Assembly (NCBI RefSeq): GCF_001457595.1
Contig: NZ_LN831039.1
Coordinates: 1,860,001 to 1,892,000 of the forward strand
Length of the DNA: 32,000 nt
Source of the DNA: Mycolicibacterium smegmatis
GTDB lineage: Bacteria > Actinomycetota > Actinomycetes > Mycobacteriales > Mycobacteriaceae
Reading direction: 5' to 3'
Positions within the stretch are counted from its first letter, which is position 1. The number at the start of each line of letters is the position of its first letter. A program made the translations under genes and the position numbers. The notes below the pieces were generated by a model, which saw only the letters and a list, made by a program, of their open reading frames with translations, was not told where the DNA came from and made no database searches. Below are positions 1 to 9,308 of this stretch, piece by piece.

Positions 1-5
1 CGAGA

Positions 6-1190
6 ATGTCCACCGCCACCGCTTCTCGCAGCGTCGAGGACGCCGTCAGACGGCGCAGCGGTGACCTGATCGAACTCTCGCACTCGATCCACGCCGAACC
101 GGAACTGGCATTCGCCGAACACCGCAGCAGCGCCAAGACGCAGGCACTCGTCGCCGAGTACGGGTTCGAGATCACCGCGGCGGCCGGCGGGCTCGACACC
201 GCGTTCCGCGCGTCCTACGGCAGCGGGTCGCTGGTGATCGGGATCTGTGCCGAGTACGACGCGCTGCCGGAGATCGGGCACGCGTGCGGGCACAACATCA
301 TCGCGTCGTCGGCGGTCGGCACCGCGCTCGCGCTCGCCGAGGTCGCCGACCTGCTCGACCTCACGGTGGTGCTCGTCGGCACGCCCGCCGAGGAAACCGG
401 CGGCGGCAAGGTCCTGCTGCTCGACGCCGGCGTCTTCGACGACATCGCCGCGTCGGTCATGCTCCATCCCGGCCCCGTCGACATCGCCGCGGCCCGGTCA
501 CTGGCGCTGACCGAGGTGGCCGTGAGCTACACCGGACGGGAATCGCACGCCGCGGTGGCGCCCTATCTCGGGGTCAACGCCGCCGACGCCGTGACGGTCG
601 CGCAGGTGGCGATCGGTCTGCTGCGCCAGCAGCTGGCCCCGGGGCAGATGGTGCACGGCATCGTCACCAACGGAGGCCAGGCCGCCAACATCATTCCCGG
701 CCACGCCGAGATGCGATACACGATGCGGGCCGTCGACATGGCGGGGCTGCACGAACTGGAAAACCGGATGGCCGGATGTTTCGCGGCCGGGGCGCTGGCC
801 ACGGGTTGTGAGCACGAGGTGTCCGAGACGGCGCCGGCGTATGCCGAGCTGAGGCCGGATGCGTGGTTGTCGGAGACCGTGCGCGCCGAGATGGTGCGGC
901 TGGGACGGGAACCACTGCCGGAGAGTGTGGAGGCGAGTGTGCCGCTGGGCAGCACCGACATGGGCAATGTGACGCACCTGATGCCGGGGATCCATCCGGT
1001 GATCGGCGTCGACTCGGGCGGAGCGTCGCTGCACCAGCCGGCCTTCGCCGCCGCGGCGGCCGGGCCGAGTGCCGACAAGGCCGTGGTGGAAGGCGCGATC
1101 ATGTTGGCGCGCACCGTTGTCCAGCTGGCCGAGACCCCAGCCGAGCGTGACCGCGTGCTGGCCGCGCAGAGTCGGCGGGTGGCGTCGTGA
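6..1190 (+). CDS. M20-family metallo-amidohydrolase (peptidase M20; AmiB1-like by position)
   Basis: 394-aa ORF with strong GC3 bias. M20 motifs IHAEPELAFAEH, GHACGHN (metal ligands) and GTPAEETGGGK. Its stop overlaps the next start (GTGA at 1187-1190). Confidence 0.85.
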   Translation: MSTATASRSVEDAVRRRSGDLIELSHSIHAEPELAFAEHRSSAKTQALVAEYGFEITAAAGGLDTAFRASYGSGSLVIGICAEYDALPEIGHACGHNIIASSAVGTALALAEVADLLDLTVVLVGTPAEETGGGKVLLLDAGVFDDIAASVMLHPGPVDIAAARSLALTEVAVSYTGRESHAAVAPYLGVNAADAVTVAQVAIGLLRQQLAPGQMVHGIVTNGGQAANIIPGHAEMRYTMRAVDMAGLHELENRMAGCFAAGALATGCEHEVSETAPAYAELRPDAWLSETVRAEMVRLGREPLPESVEASVPLGSTDMGNVTHLMPGIHPVIGVDSGGASLHQPAFAAAAAGPSADKAVVEGAIMLARTVVQLAETPAERDRVLAAQSRRVAS

Positions 1191-2359
1191 GCGTGGATCT
1201 GGGTGCGATCACCGACCGCTGGCTCGCCGAGCACTACGACGAGATGGTGGCCTGGCGCAGGCACATCCATGCCCACCCGGAGCTGGGACGGCAGGAGTTC
1301 GCCACCACCGAGTTCGTGGCGCGCCACCTCGCCGAGGCCGGGCTCAACCCGAAGGTGCTGCCAGGTGGGACGGGTCTCACGTGCGATTTCGGTCCCGAGG
1401 ACGGTCCACGCGTGGCGTTGCGCGCCGACATGGACGCGCTGCCGATGGCCGACCGGACCGGCGCGCCGTACGCGTCGACGGTGCCCAACGTCGCGCACGC
1501 CTGCGGTCACGATGCGCACACCGCGGTGCTGCTCGGCACGGCCAAGGTGCTGGCCTCGGCGACTGAACTCCCGGTCGGGGTGCGGTTGATCTTCCAGGCC
1601 GCCGAGGAACTGATGCCCGGCGGCGCCATCGACGCCGTCGCGGCAGGCGCGCTCAACGGCGTCACCCGGATTTTCGCGCTGCACTGCGACCCCCGCCTGC
1701 GCGTGGGCCGTGTGGCCACCAAGCCGGGACCGATCACCTCGGCCGCCGACTCGATCGAGATCACGCTGCACTCACCGGGCGGTCACACCTCGCGGCCGCA
1801 TCTCACCGGCGACCTGGTCTACGGGCTGGGGACGCTCATCACGGGCCTGCCCGGTGTGCTGTCGCGCCGCATCGACCCGCGCCACAACACCGTCATGGTG
1901 TGGGGTGCGGTCAACGCGGGCGTCGCGGCCAACGCGATCCCGCAGATCGGCACCCTGGCCGGCACGATCCGCACCGCGAGCCGCGACACGTGGCTGACGC
2001 TGGAGGCGATCGTCGACGAGACCGTGACGGCCCTGCTGGCGCCGTTGAACATCGAGCACAGCCTCAACTACCGGCGCGGCGTGCCGCCCGTGGTCAACGA
2101 GGACGTCTCGACGCGCATGCTGACCCACGCGATCGAGGCCGTCGGCCCCGACGTGCTGGCCAACACGCATCAGTCCGGCGGCGGCGAGGACTTCTCCTGG
2201 TACCTCGAGGAGATCCCCGGCGCGATGGGCAGGCTCGGCGTGTGGAGCGGGCAGGGGCCGCAACTGGACCTGCATCAGCCGACGTTCGATCTCGACGAGC
2301 GGGCGCTCGGTGTGGGGGTGCGCACGATGGTCAACATCGTGGCGGCCGCGCGCCAGTAG
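1187..2359 (+). CDS. M20D-family amidohydrolase (N-acyl-L-amino-acid amidohydrolase / hippurate-hydrolase type; AmiA1-like by position)
   Basis: 390-aa ORF. Motifs HIHAHPELGRQEF, VAHACGHDAH, FQAAEELMPGGA and GGGEDFSWY. Translationally coupled to the upstream paralog. Confidence 0.85.
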   Translation: MSVDLGAITDRWLAEHYDEMVAWRRHIHAHPELGRQEFATTEFVARHLAEAGLNPKVLPGGTGLTCDFGPEDGPRVALRADMDALPMADRTGAPYASTVPNVAHACGHDAHTAVLLGTAKVLASATELPVGVRLIFQAAEELMPGGAIDAVAAGALNGVTRIFALHCDPRLRVGRVATKPGPITSAADSIEITLHSPGGHTSRPHLTGDLVYGLGTLITGLPGVLSRRIDPRHNTVMVWGAVNAGVAANAIPQIGTLAGTIRTASRDTWLTLEAIVDETVTALLAPLNIEHSLNYRRGVPPVVNEDVSTRMLTHAIEAVGPDVLANTHQSGGGEDFSWYLEEIPGAMGRLGVWSGQGPQLDLHQPTFDLDERALGVGVRTMVNIVAAARQ

Positions 2360-2387
2360 GTGGTTTGCCGACTCTCACCCTGAGCGG

Positions 2388-2403
2388 ATGTTAATGCTCA
2401 CAT
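2388..2403. promoter_or_regulatory. LacI/AraR-type operator copy O1 (ATGTTAATGCTCACAT)
   Basis: 16-bp imperfect palindrome inside a longer CGGATGT...ACATCCG dyad. One of four near-identical copies, all in promoter regions of the sugar locus. Confidence 0.6.
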
Positions 2404-2516
2404 CCGGAGTTTGCCAGGGATCGCCTTCTGGCGCTTGCAGAATCGTTCATCGCTGAATTGTTGACTTCAAAAATGCTGCTCAGGGGCTGAAACGACACAG
2501 TCTTCGTAAGATCGCA

Positions 2517-2546
2517 TTGACAATCCAGTGAAGTGGCTCACATACT
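2517..2546 (+). promoter_or_regulatory. Putative SigA-type promoter of the ChvE/GguAB-like operon (-35 TTGACA, 18-nt spacer, -10 CATACT)
   Basis: Hexamers read directly in the AT-richer 297-bp intergenic region. Operator O2 lies about 10 bp downstream of the -10. No transcription start site data. Confidence 0.35.
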
Positions 2547-2555
2547 TACGGACGG

Positions 2556-2571
2556 ATGTTAACGCTCACAT
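2556..2571. promoter_or_regulatory. LacI/AraR-type operator copy O2 (ATGTTAACGCTCACAT)
   Basis: Matches the consensus of the four copies exactly. Flanked by CGG/CCGG like O1. Centre-to-centre distance to O1 is 168 bp. Confidence 0.65.
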
Positions 2572-2659
2572 ACCGGCCCGTTGTAACCGCCCGCTCGCAA
2601 CGTTCAGTCAAAGACGTAGCCGCCGACGTTTATGACTGTGGCCCCGCTTAGGAGGATTG

Positions 2660-3757
2660 ATGCGCAAGTTGACCTGGCTGGCCGCGCTGCTCGCGGCGCT
2701 GGCCATGGCGATGACCCTGTCCGGATGTGGACGGTCCGCCGAAGGTGGCGGCGGTGGCGACGGTGACGCCAAGGGCACCGTCGGTATCGCCATGCCGACC
2801 AAGTCGTCGGAGCGCTGGGTCGCCGACGGTCAGAACATGGTCGACCAGTTCAAGGCCCTCGGCTACGACACCGACCTGCAGTATGGCGACGACGTTGTGC
2901 AGAACCAGGTCTCGCAGATCGAGAACATGATCACCAAGGGCGTCAAGCTGCTGGTGATCGCCCCGATCGACGGCTCGTCGCTCACCAACACCCTGCAGCA
3001 CGCCGCCGATCTGAAGATCCCGGTGATCAGCTACGACCGGCTGATCAAGGGCACACCCAACGTCGACTACTACGCGACCTTCGACAACACCAAAGTCGGT
3101 GTCCTGCAGGCCAACTACATCGTCGACACGCTCGGGGTCGCCGACGGCAAGGGCCCGTTCAACCTCGAGCTGTTCGCGGGCTCGCCCGACGACAACAACG
3201 CCACCTACTTCTTCCAGGGCGCCATGAGCGTGCTGCAGCCCTACATCGACAGCGGCAAGCTCGTGGTCAAGAGCGGCCAGACCACCTTCGATCAGATCGC
3301 CACGCTGCGCTGGGACGGCGGACTCGCGCAGTCGCGCATGGACAACCTGCTCAGCCAGGCCTACACGAGCGGTCGCGTCGACGCGGTGCTGTCGCCGTAC
3401 GACGGGATCTCACGCGGCGTGATCTCGGCGCTCAAGAGCGCCGGGTACGGCAACGCCGCCAAGCCGCTGCCGATCGTCACCGGCCAGGACGCCGAACTCG
3501 CGTCGGTGAAGTCGATCGTCGCGGGCGAGCAGACCCAGACCGTGTTCAAGGACACCCGCGAACTCGCGAAAGCCGCTGTGCAGGAAGCCGATGCGGTGCT
3601 CACCGGTGGCACCCCCCAGGTCAACGACACCGAGACGTACGACAACGGCGTCAAGGTCGTCCCGTCCTACCTGCTCGACCCGGTCAGCGTCGACAAGTCC
3701 AACTACAAGAAGGTGCTGATCGATTCGGGTTACTACACCGAGACCCAGGTCCAGTGA
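2660..3757 (+). CDS. Sugar ABC transporter substrate-binding lipoprotein (ChvE/AraF/MglB-like, periplasmic-binding-protein type I)
   Basis: AGGAGG at 2650-2655 lies 4 nt before ATG 2660. The TTG at 2657 listed in the ORF track is too close to the Shine-Dalgarno. Signal peptide with lipobox LSGC. Body resembles multiple-sugar binding proteins ([22 protein letters not shown]). Confidence 0.9.
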   Translation: MRKLTWLAALLAALAMAMTLSGCGRSAEGGGGGDGDAKGTVGIAMPTKSSERWVADGQNMVDQFKALGYDTDLQYGDDVVQNQVSQIENMITKGVKLLVIAPIDGSSLTNTLQHAADLKIPVISYDRLIKGTPNVDYYATFDNTKVGVLQANYIVDTLGVADGKGPFNLELFAGSPDDNNATYFFQGAMSVLQPYIDSGKLVVKSGQTTFDQIATLRWDGGLAQSRMDNLLSQAYTSGRVDAVLSPYDGISRGVISALKSAGYGNAAKPLPIVTGQDAELASVKSIVAGEQTQTVFKDTRELAKAAVQEADAVLTGGTPQVNDTETYDNGVKVVPSYLLDPVSVDKSNYKKVLIDSGYYTETQVQ

Positions 3758-5283
3758 CGCAGGCATTACTCGAGATGCGGGGGATCACCAAGGAATTCCC
3801 CGGGGTCAAGGCCCTGTCGGGGGTCGACCTGACCGTCCCGGCCGGGTCGATCCACGCGATCTGCGGTGAGAACGGCGCGGGCAAGTCGACGCTGATGAAG
3901 GTGCTCAGCGGGGTCTATCCCCACGGGAGCTACGACGGTGAGATCTTCTTCGACGGAAAACTCTGTGAGTTCAAGGACATCCGCAGCAGTGAGCGGTGCG
4001 GCATCGCGATCATCCACCAGGAACTCGCGCTCGTGCCGTACCTGTCGATCGCCGAGAACGTCTTCCTGGGCAACGAGCAGGCCAAACGCGGCGTGATCGG
4101 TTGGGACAGAACCCTGACCGAGGCGCAGGCCCTGCTGGACCGGGTCGGCCTGCACGAGAGTCCGCAGACCCGCGTCGCCGATATCGGCGTCGGCAAGCAA
4201 CAACTCGTCGAGATCGCCAAGGCGCTGTCCAAGGACGTGCGTCTGCTGATCCTCGACGAGCCCACCGCGGCGCTCAACGACTCCGACAGCCGCCACCTGC
4301 TGGAGCTGATCTCCGACCTGCGCGACCACGGCATCACCTCGATCATCATCTCGCACAAGCTCAACGAGGTGATGCAGATCGCCGACGCCATCACGATCCT
4401 GCGGGACGGTCACACGATCGAGACCATCGAGGTGAACGACCAGCTCACCGAGGACCGCATCGTGCGCGGCATGGTGGGACGCGACCTGACCCACCGCTTC
4501 CCGCCCCGCGGGGACCACGAGATCGGCGATGTCGCGTTCGCCGTGGCCAACTGGACCGTGCTGCACCCGATCGACCAGCAGCGCAAGGTGGTTGACGATG
4601 TGTCCCTCAACGTCCGCGCCGGCGAGATCGTCGGCATCGCGGGCCTGATGGGCGCCGGGCGCACCGAGTTGGCCATGAGCGTGTTCGGCCGCTCATACGG
4701 CCGCTACGTCAGCGGCAAGGTGTTCAAGGGCGACCGGGAGGTGAGCACCAAGACGGTGACCGACGCGATCCGCAACGGGATCGCATACGCCACCGAGGAC
4801 CGCAAACACCTCGGCCTCAACCTGATGGACAGCATCGCCCAGAGCATCACGCTGCCGTCGCTGCGCAAGATCAGCACCCGTGCGGTGATCGACCACCACA
4901 AGGAAGTCGGTGTGGGCGAACGGTTCCGGGAATCCATGCGGATCAAGGCGTCGTCGGTGTCGGCCGTCACCGGCAAACTCTCGGGCGGCAACCAGCAGAA
5001 GGTCGTGCTGAGCAAGTGGCTGTTCACCGACCCCGATGTGCTGATCCTCGACGAGCCGACCCGCGGTATCGACGTCGGCGCGAAGTACGAGATCTACACG
5101 ATCATCAACGAACTGGCGTCGCGCGGTAAGGCCGTCATCGTCATCTCCTCGGAACTGCCCGAACTGCTCGGCCTGTGCGACCGCATCTACACGCTCAGCG
5201 CCGGCAGGCTCACCGGTGAGGTGCCGCGCGCCGACGCCACCCAGGAGACCCTCATGCGATACATGATGAAAGGACGGGTCTAA
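3754..5283 (+). CDS. Sugar ABC transporter ATP-binding protein, duplicated ATPase (GguA/MglA/AraG-like)
   Basis: 509 aa. Walker [10 protein letters not shown] and second-half GLMGAGRTE; signature LSGGNQQK; Walker B LILDEPT twice. The GTG start overlaps the substrate-binding-protein stop (GTGA). Confidence 0.92.
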   Translation: MTQALLEMRGITKEFPGVKALSGVDLTVPAGSIHAICGENGAGKSTLMKVLSGVYPHGSYDGEIFFDGKLCEFKDIRSSERCGIAIIHQELALVPYLSIAENVFLGNEQAKRGVIGWDRTLTEAQALLDRVGLHESPQTRVADIGVGKQQLVEIAKALSKDVRLLILDEPTAALNDSDSRHLLELISDLRDHGITSIIISHKLNEVMQIADAITILRDGHTIETIEVNDQLTEDRIVRGMVGRDLTHRFPPRGDHEIGDVAFAVANWTVLHPIDQQRKVVDDVSLNVRAGEIVGIAGLMGAGRTELAMSVFGRSYGRYVSGKVFKGDREVSTKTVTDAIRNGIAYATEDRKHLGLNLMDSIAQSITLPSLRKISTRAVIDHHKEVGVGERFRESMRIKASSVSAVTGKLSGGNQQKVVLSKWLFTDPDVLILDEPTRGIDVGAKYEIYTIINELASRGKAVIVISSELPELLGLCDRIYTLSAGRLTGEVPRADATQETLMRYMMKGRV

Positions 5284-6543
5284 GTGACCTCCACGGTGAA
5301 TCCGCAGTCGGGGCAGGCGGACTCGGCTCCCTCGCCGGCGAACTCGCCTGCCACACCACCCACACCTCCCGGCCTGCGGACGCGGTTGTCCGCCTACCTG
5401 ATGTCACATGTCCGGCAGTCCGGCATGGTGGTGGCGCTCGTCGCGATCGTGCTGCTGTTCCAGGTCTGGACCAGCGGCATCCTGCTCAAGCCGCTCAACG
5501 TCACCAACATCATCCAGCAGAACGGCTACATCCTGGTGCTCGCCATCGGGATGGTCATCGTGATCATCAACGGCCACATCGATCTGTCGGTCGGATCGGT
5601 CGCGGGGTTCATCGGCGCGATGTCGGCGGTCCTCATGGTCCGCAACGACATGCCGTGGCCGGTCGCGGTGGTGGTGTGCGTGCTCGCGGGCGCGGTGATC
5701 GGTGCCTGGCAGGGGTTCTGGATCGCGTTCGTCGGGATACCGTCGTTCATCGTCACCCTCGGCGGCATGCTCGTGTTCCGTGGCGCCACCCAGTACCTCC
5801 TGGAGGGGCAGTCCATTGCCCCGATGCCCCGGGGTCTGGAGCAGGTCAGCAGCGGGTTCCTGCCGGAATGGGGGACCAACGCGCTCTACCACTGGCCCAC
5901 GGTCATTCTCGGTGCGGTCATCATGGTGGCCGCGGTGGTGGTGCAGTTCCGCAGGCGCCGCTCACAGATCCGCTACGGGCAGGACGTCTCCGGCGTGCCG
6001 GTGTTCATCGCCAAGTGCGCGGCGATCGTCGTCGCACTCGGCGCGGTGACCCTGCTGCTCGCGAGCTACCGTGGCGTTCCGATCGTCGGGATCATCCTGG
6101 TGGTGCTGACGCTGGTGTACGCGTTTATGATGCGCAACACCGTGTTCGGCAGGCAGGTCTACGCCGTCGGTGGAAATCCGGCTGCCGCAGCGCTTTCCGG
6201 TGTCCGCAACCGGTGGGTCACGCTGGCGGTGTTCGTCAACATGGGCATGCTGGCCGCCATCGCGGGTCTGCTGTTCGCGGCGCGCCTGAACTCCGCGACA
6301 CCGCAGGCCGGCATCAACTTCGAACTCGAGGCGATCGCCGCGGCGTTCATCGGCGGCGCGTCGTCCAGCGGCGGTGTCGGCACCGTGTTCGGCGCGATCG
6401 TGGGCGGTCTGGTGCTGGGCGTGCTCAACAACGGTATGTCGATCCTCGGCATCGGCAGCGACATCCAGCAGGTGATCAAGGGACTCGTCCTGCTGGCCGC
6501 GGTCGGGTTCGATGTCTACAACAAGCGAAAAGGCGGACGCTAG
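5284..6543 (+). CDS. Sugar ABC transporter permease (GguB/XylH-like)
   Basis: 419 aa, about 10 predicted hydrophobic helices. Pro/Ser/Ala-rich N-terminal tail. Starts 1 nt after the ATPase stop. Confidence 0.9.
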   Translation: MTSTVNPQSGQADSAPSPANSPATPPTPPGLRTRLSAYLMSHVRQSGMVVALVAIVLLFQVWTSGILLKPLNVTNIIQQNGYILVLAIGMVIVIINGHIDLSVGSVAGFIGAMSAVLMVRNDMPWPVAVVVCVLAGAVIGAWQGFWIAFVGIPSFIVTLGGMLVFRGATQYLLEGQSIAPMPRGLEQVSSGFLPEWGTNALYHWPTVILGAVIMVAAVVVQFRRRRSQIRYGQDVSGVPVFIAKCAAIVVALGAVTLLLASYRGVPIVGIILVVLTLVYAFMMRNTVFGRQVYAVGGNPAAAALSGVRNRWVTLAVFVNMGMLAAIAGLLFAARLNSATPQAGINFELEAIAAAFIGGASSSGGVGTVFGAIVGGLVLGVLNNGMSILGIGSDIQQVIKGLVLLAAVGFDVYNKRKGGR

Positions 6544-6549
6544 GGGGGT

Positions 6550-6585
6550 GCACGAGCGGGCAGGCTGCGGTCTGCCCGCTCGTGC
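6550..6585. terminator. Bidirectional intrinsic-terminator-like hairpin between convergent operons
   Basis: Perfect 14-bp inverted repeat GCACGAGCGGGCAG (6550-6563) / CTGCCCGCTCGTGC (6572-6585) with an 8-nt loop. Sits between the permease stop (6543) and the HAD stop (6588). No clear U-tract, as is usual in mycobacteria. Confidence 0.65.
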
Positions 6586-6587
6586 GC

Positions 6588-7247
6588 TCAGCGTGTGAGA
6601 ACCGCGTCAGCCTCGATGACGAGATGGCTTCCGTCGAAGGTGATCCCGGACAGATCGGCCACGCTCACGTCGACGTCCTCGCCGATCGTCTGCGCACCGA
6701 CGCCCACCACGAAACCCACGTTCGCGGCACGGGCCGCCAGGATGCCCAGGTGGGCGTCCTCGAACACCGCACACACGCGCGGCTCGAGTCCGAGCAGGTG
6801 CGCGCCGGTCAGGTAGGGCTCGGGTGCGGGCTTGCCCGCGGTCACGTCGTCGGCCGACACCAGGACGCGGGGTGTGGGCAGGCCGGCGGACAGCAATCTG
6901 GCAGCGGCCATCTCGCGCGCGCCTGAGGTGACCACTGCCCAGCGGTCCGCGGGGCTCGACGACAACAGGTCCACCGCACCGGCCATCGCGGGCACCTCGG
7001 TGGCCATCTCGATCTCCAGTTCGGTGAGAACCTTTGTGGCGAGCGCGCTGTCGCCGTCGCCCACCAGTTCGGCGACCACGTCCGACAGCCGGCGCCCGTG
7101 CTGGGCGTCGCGGTGGAAGTCGAAACCCGGCGCCCATGTGCGGGCCCAGTGGTTCCAGGCCGTCGCCGCGGCCTCGTGGGAGTCCACGAGCACCCCGTCG
7201 CTGTCGAACAGGATTCCGGCGATCGGGAAGGTCTTGTGAGATGTCAT
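6588..7247 (-). CDS. HAD-superfamily hydrolase, subfamily IA (beta-phosphoglucomutase / sugar-phosphatase-like)
   Basis: 219 aa. Motif I FDSDGVLVDS, motif III-IV GKPAPEPY ... FEDAHLGILAA. Last gene of the minus-strand transporter-regulator operon, 10 nt after the LacI stop. Confidence 0.85.
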   Translation of the reverse strand: MTSHKTFPIAGILFDSDGVLVDSHEAAATAWNHWARTWAPGFDFHRDAQHGRRLSDVVAELVGDGDSALATKVLTELEIEMATEVPAMAGAVDLLSSSPADRWAVVTSGAREMAAARLLSAGLPTPRVLVSADDVTAGKPAPEPYLTGAHLLGLEPRVCAVFEDAHLGILAARAANVGFVVGVGAQTIGEDVDVSVADLSGITFDGSHLVIEADAVLTR

Positions 7248-7257
7248 GTAGCAGATG

Positions 7258-8286
7258 TCATTTCGTTGTGGGCGGTGGGGCGGTGCTGGCGCGGACCACG
7301 AGGTCCGCGGGCAGCAGTGCGGTGTCGGTCTCGACCCCCGAGAGTTGAGCGGTCACGAGGGAGATGGCGCGGCGACCGACCGCCGCGAAGTCCTGACGGA
7401 TGGTGGTGAGTGCCGGGATGAGATAGGCGGCCTCGGGGATGTCGTCGAAACCCACGACGCTGACGTCGTCGGGAACCCGGACCCCGGCCTCGTGCAGCGC
7501 GTGCAGCAGGCCGATCGCCATCTGGTCGTTGGCCACGAACACCGCGGTGATCTCCCGCTGTGCGGCGATCTTCTCACCGATCTCGTAGCCGCGGGCCGCG
7601 CTCCAGTCGCCGTGCCAATCGGGGTGCGGCACAAGGCGTGCGGCCAGCATGGCGTCGAGGTAGCCCTTGGTGCGTCCCGCGGCCTCGGGGAAGTTGGGTG
7701 GCCCGCTGACATGGGCGATCGCGGTGTGGCCGAGATCGATGAGATGCTGCGTGGCCTTTCGTGCGGCGCCGACCTGGTCGACACCGACGGTCAGGCCGGC
7801 ACCGGAGAGGTCACCCTCGACCACGATCACGGGGACCCCGAAATCCTCGGACTGCACCAGGGTGAGCGCGTCCTGTTGCGCGGCCACCATCACGATGGCC
7901 TCCACCGAGAGCCGGGAGAGGTGCTCGACGGCACCGCGGATCGCCTGATGCGTGACCGACGCCAGCGGTACGGCGCTGGAGAAGTACCCGGCCTCGCGCG
8001 CGGCCTCCTCGACGGCGCGTTGGACGCTCGACGGGCCGTAGAGGCCGGTGTTGGTCCCGATGATGCCGATGATGCCGGAGCGGTTGGTCACCAGGGCCCG
8101 CGCCGCGGTGTTGGGGCGGTAACCCAGTTGGGCGATCGCGTCCTCGACGCGCCGCCGCGTGGCAGGCCGGATGCTCGGCGATCCGTTGATCACCCGCGAC
8201 ACCGTCTGATGGGAGACCCCGGCAAGGCGCGCGACGTCGGCCATCACAGGTTTGCGAGTCATGACGCCATTATCGCGGCGGCTCAT
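7258..8286 (-). CDS. araR: LacI-family transcriptional repressor (AraR-type by context)
   Basis: N-terminal HTH MADVARLAGVSHQTVSRVINGS followed by a sugar-binding fold. ATG 8286 overlaps the upstream permease stop (ATGA). An alternative start is ATG 8262 (MTRKPVMADV). The 715-aa ORF in the track is an upstream shadow extension. Confidence 0.85.
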   Translation of the reverse strand: MSRRDNGVMTRKPVMADVARLAGVSHQTVSRVINGSPSIRPATRRRVEDAIAQLGYRPNTAARALVTNRSGIIGIIGTNTGLYGPSSVQRAVEEAAREAGYFSSAVPLASVTHQAIRGAVEHLSRLSVEAIVMVAAQQDALTLVQSEDFGVPVIVVEGDLSGAGLTVGVDQVGAARKATQHLIDLGHTAIAHVSGPPNFPEAAGRTKGYLDAMLAARLVPHPDWHGDWSAARGYEIGEKIAAQREITAVFVANDQMAIGLLHALHEAGVRVPDDVSVVGFDDIPEAAYLIPALTTIRQDFAAVGRRAISLVTAQLSGVETDTALLPADLVVRASTAPPPTTK

Positions 8287-9308
8287 CGTGGCTTCCGCAC
8301 CAGCACCCTCTGCACCAGCACAAAGGCGAGCAGCAGGGCACCGGTCATGATGCGGGTCCAGTAGGAATCGAGATTTTCTGCGGTGACGAACGTCTCGATG
8401 GTGCCGAGCACCAGCACCCCGACCAGCGCTCCCGCGACGAAGCCGACGCCGCCCGCGAGGATGACCCCGCCGATCACGGCCGCGGCGATCGCGTCCAGTT
8501 CGAGTCCGACCCCGTTGAGGCTGTAGCCCGACAGCTTCTGCACCGCCAGCAGGATCCCGGCGAGCGACGCGCAGAACCCGCTGATGACGTACACCGACAC
8601 GCGGGTGCGCGCGGCCTGCAGGCCCATGAGTTGCGCCGACTGCCGGTTGCCGCCGACCGCGTACACCGTCTTGCCGAACCGGGTGAGATGGAGGACGTAC
8701 ATGGCGCCGACGACCACGGCCAGCGCGATGATCACGGGCCAGCGGATGAACTTGTCGTCGTAGAGGTACAGGTACGTCAGCCCGAGGTTGCGCAGCACCG
8801 GGTCGTTGATCGGTATCGAGTCGACGCTGACGACGTAGCACATGCCGCGTGCCAGGAACATCCCGGCCAGTGTCGCGACGAACGGTTGTACGTCGAAGTA
8901 CTCGATGATCAGGCCCATGGTCAGCCCCAGGAGGGGGCCGACCGCCAGCACGGTCACCAGCGCGACCGGCGCGGGCCAGCCGAGCGAGAGTGTTTTGGCC
9001 AGGATCACCGTGGACAGCGCCACCACCGAACCCACGCTCAGATCGATTCCGCCCGTGAGGATCACGAACGTCATGCCCACCGCGAGGACGATGAGGTAGG
9101 CGTTGTCGACCAACAGGTTCAGGAAAACCTGTGCCGGACTGGCGAACTGGTAGCGGTCGAGCACCGCGCCGAACATCGCCACGAACAGCACCAGCGTGGC
9201 GACCGGTCCGACGAAGCGTCCCTGCGCGTGACGGCGCAGGGTGGCCACCAGACCGGCGTCGGCGGTGTCGGGTGCGAGTGGGGGCACGGTTGCGGTCGGG
9301 GCGGTCAT
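8283..9308 (-). CDS. Sugar ABC transporter permease (YjfF-like)
   Basis: Real start is ATG 9308 (MTAPTATV...), overlapping the upstream permease stop (ATGA). Polytopic membrane protein of about 341 aa. The ORF-track N-terminus (to 10022) is a shadow extension. Confidence 0.85.
   Translation of the reverse strand: MTAPTATVPPLAPDTADAGLVATLRRHAQGRFVGPVATLVLFVAMFGAVLDRYQFASPAQVFLNLLVDNAYLIVLAVGMTFVILTGGIDLSVGSVVALSTVILAKTLSLGWPAPVALVTVLAVGPLLGLTMGLIIEYFDVQPFVATLAGMFLARGMCYVVSVDSIPINDPVLRNLGLTYLYLYDDKFIRWPVIIALAVVVGAMYVLHLTRFGKTVYAVGGNRQSAQLMGLQAARTRVSVYVISGFCASLAGILLAVQKLSGYSLNGVGLELDAIAAAVIGGVILAGGVGFVAGALVGVLVLGTIETFVTAENLDSYWTRIMTGALLLAFVLVQRVLVRKPR

Noticed and set aside
563-1771. 402-aa ORF on the minus strand spanning both amidohydrolase genes
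   Set aside because: It is antisense to two ORFs with clear M20 motifs. The Arg/Gly/Ala/His-rich low-complexity translation is typical of shadow ORFs in high-GC DNA, and it has no recognisable domain.
5655-6926. 423-aa plus-strand ORF overlapping the GguB-like permease and the HAD gene
   Set aside because: An Arg/Gly-rich shadow frame that crosses the terminator hairpin and runs antisense into the HAD gene.
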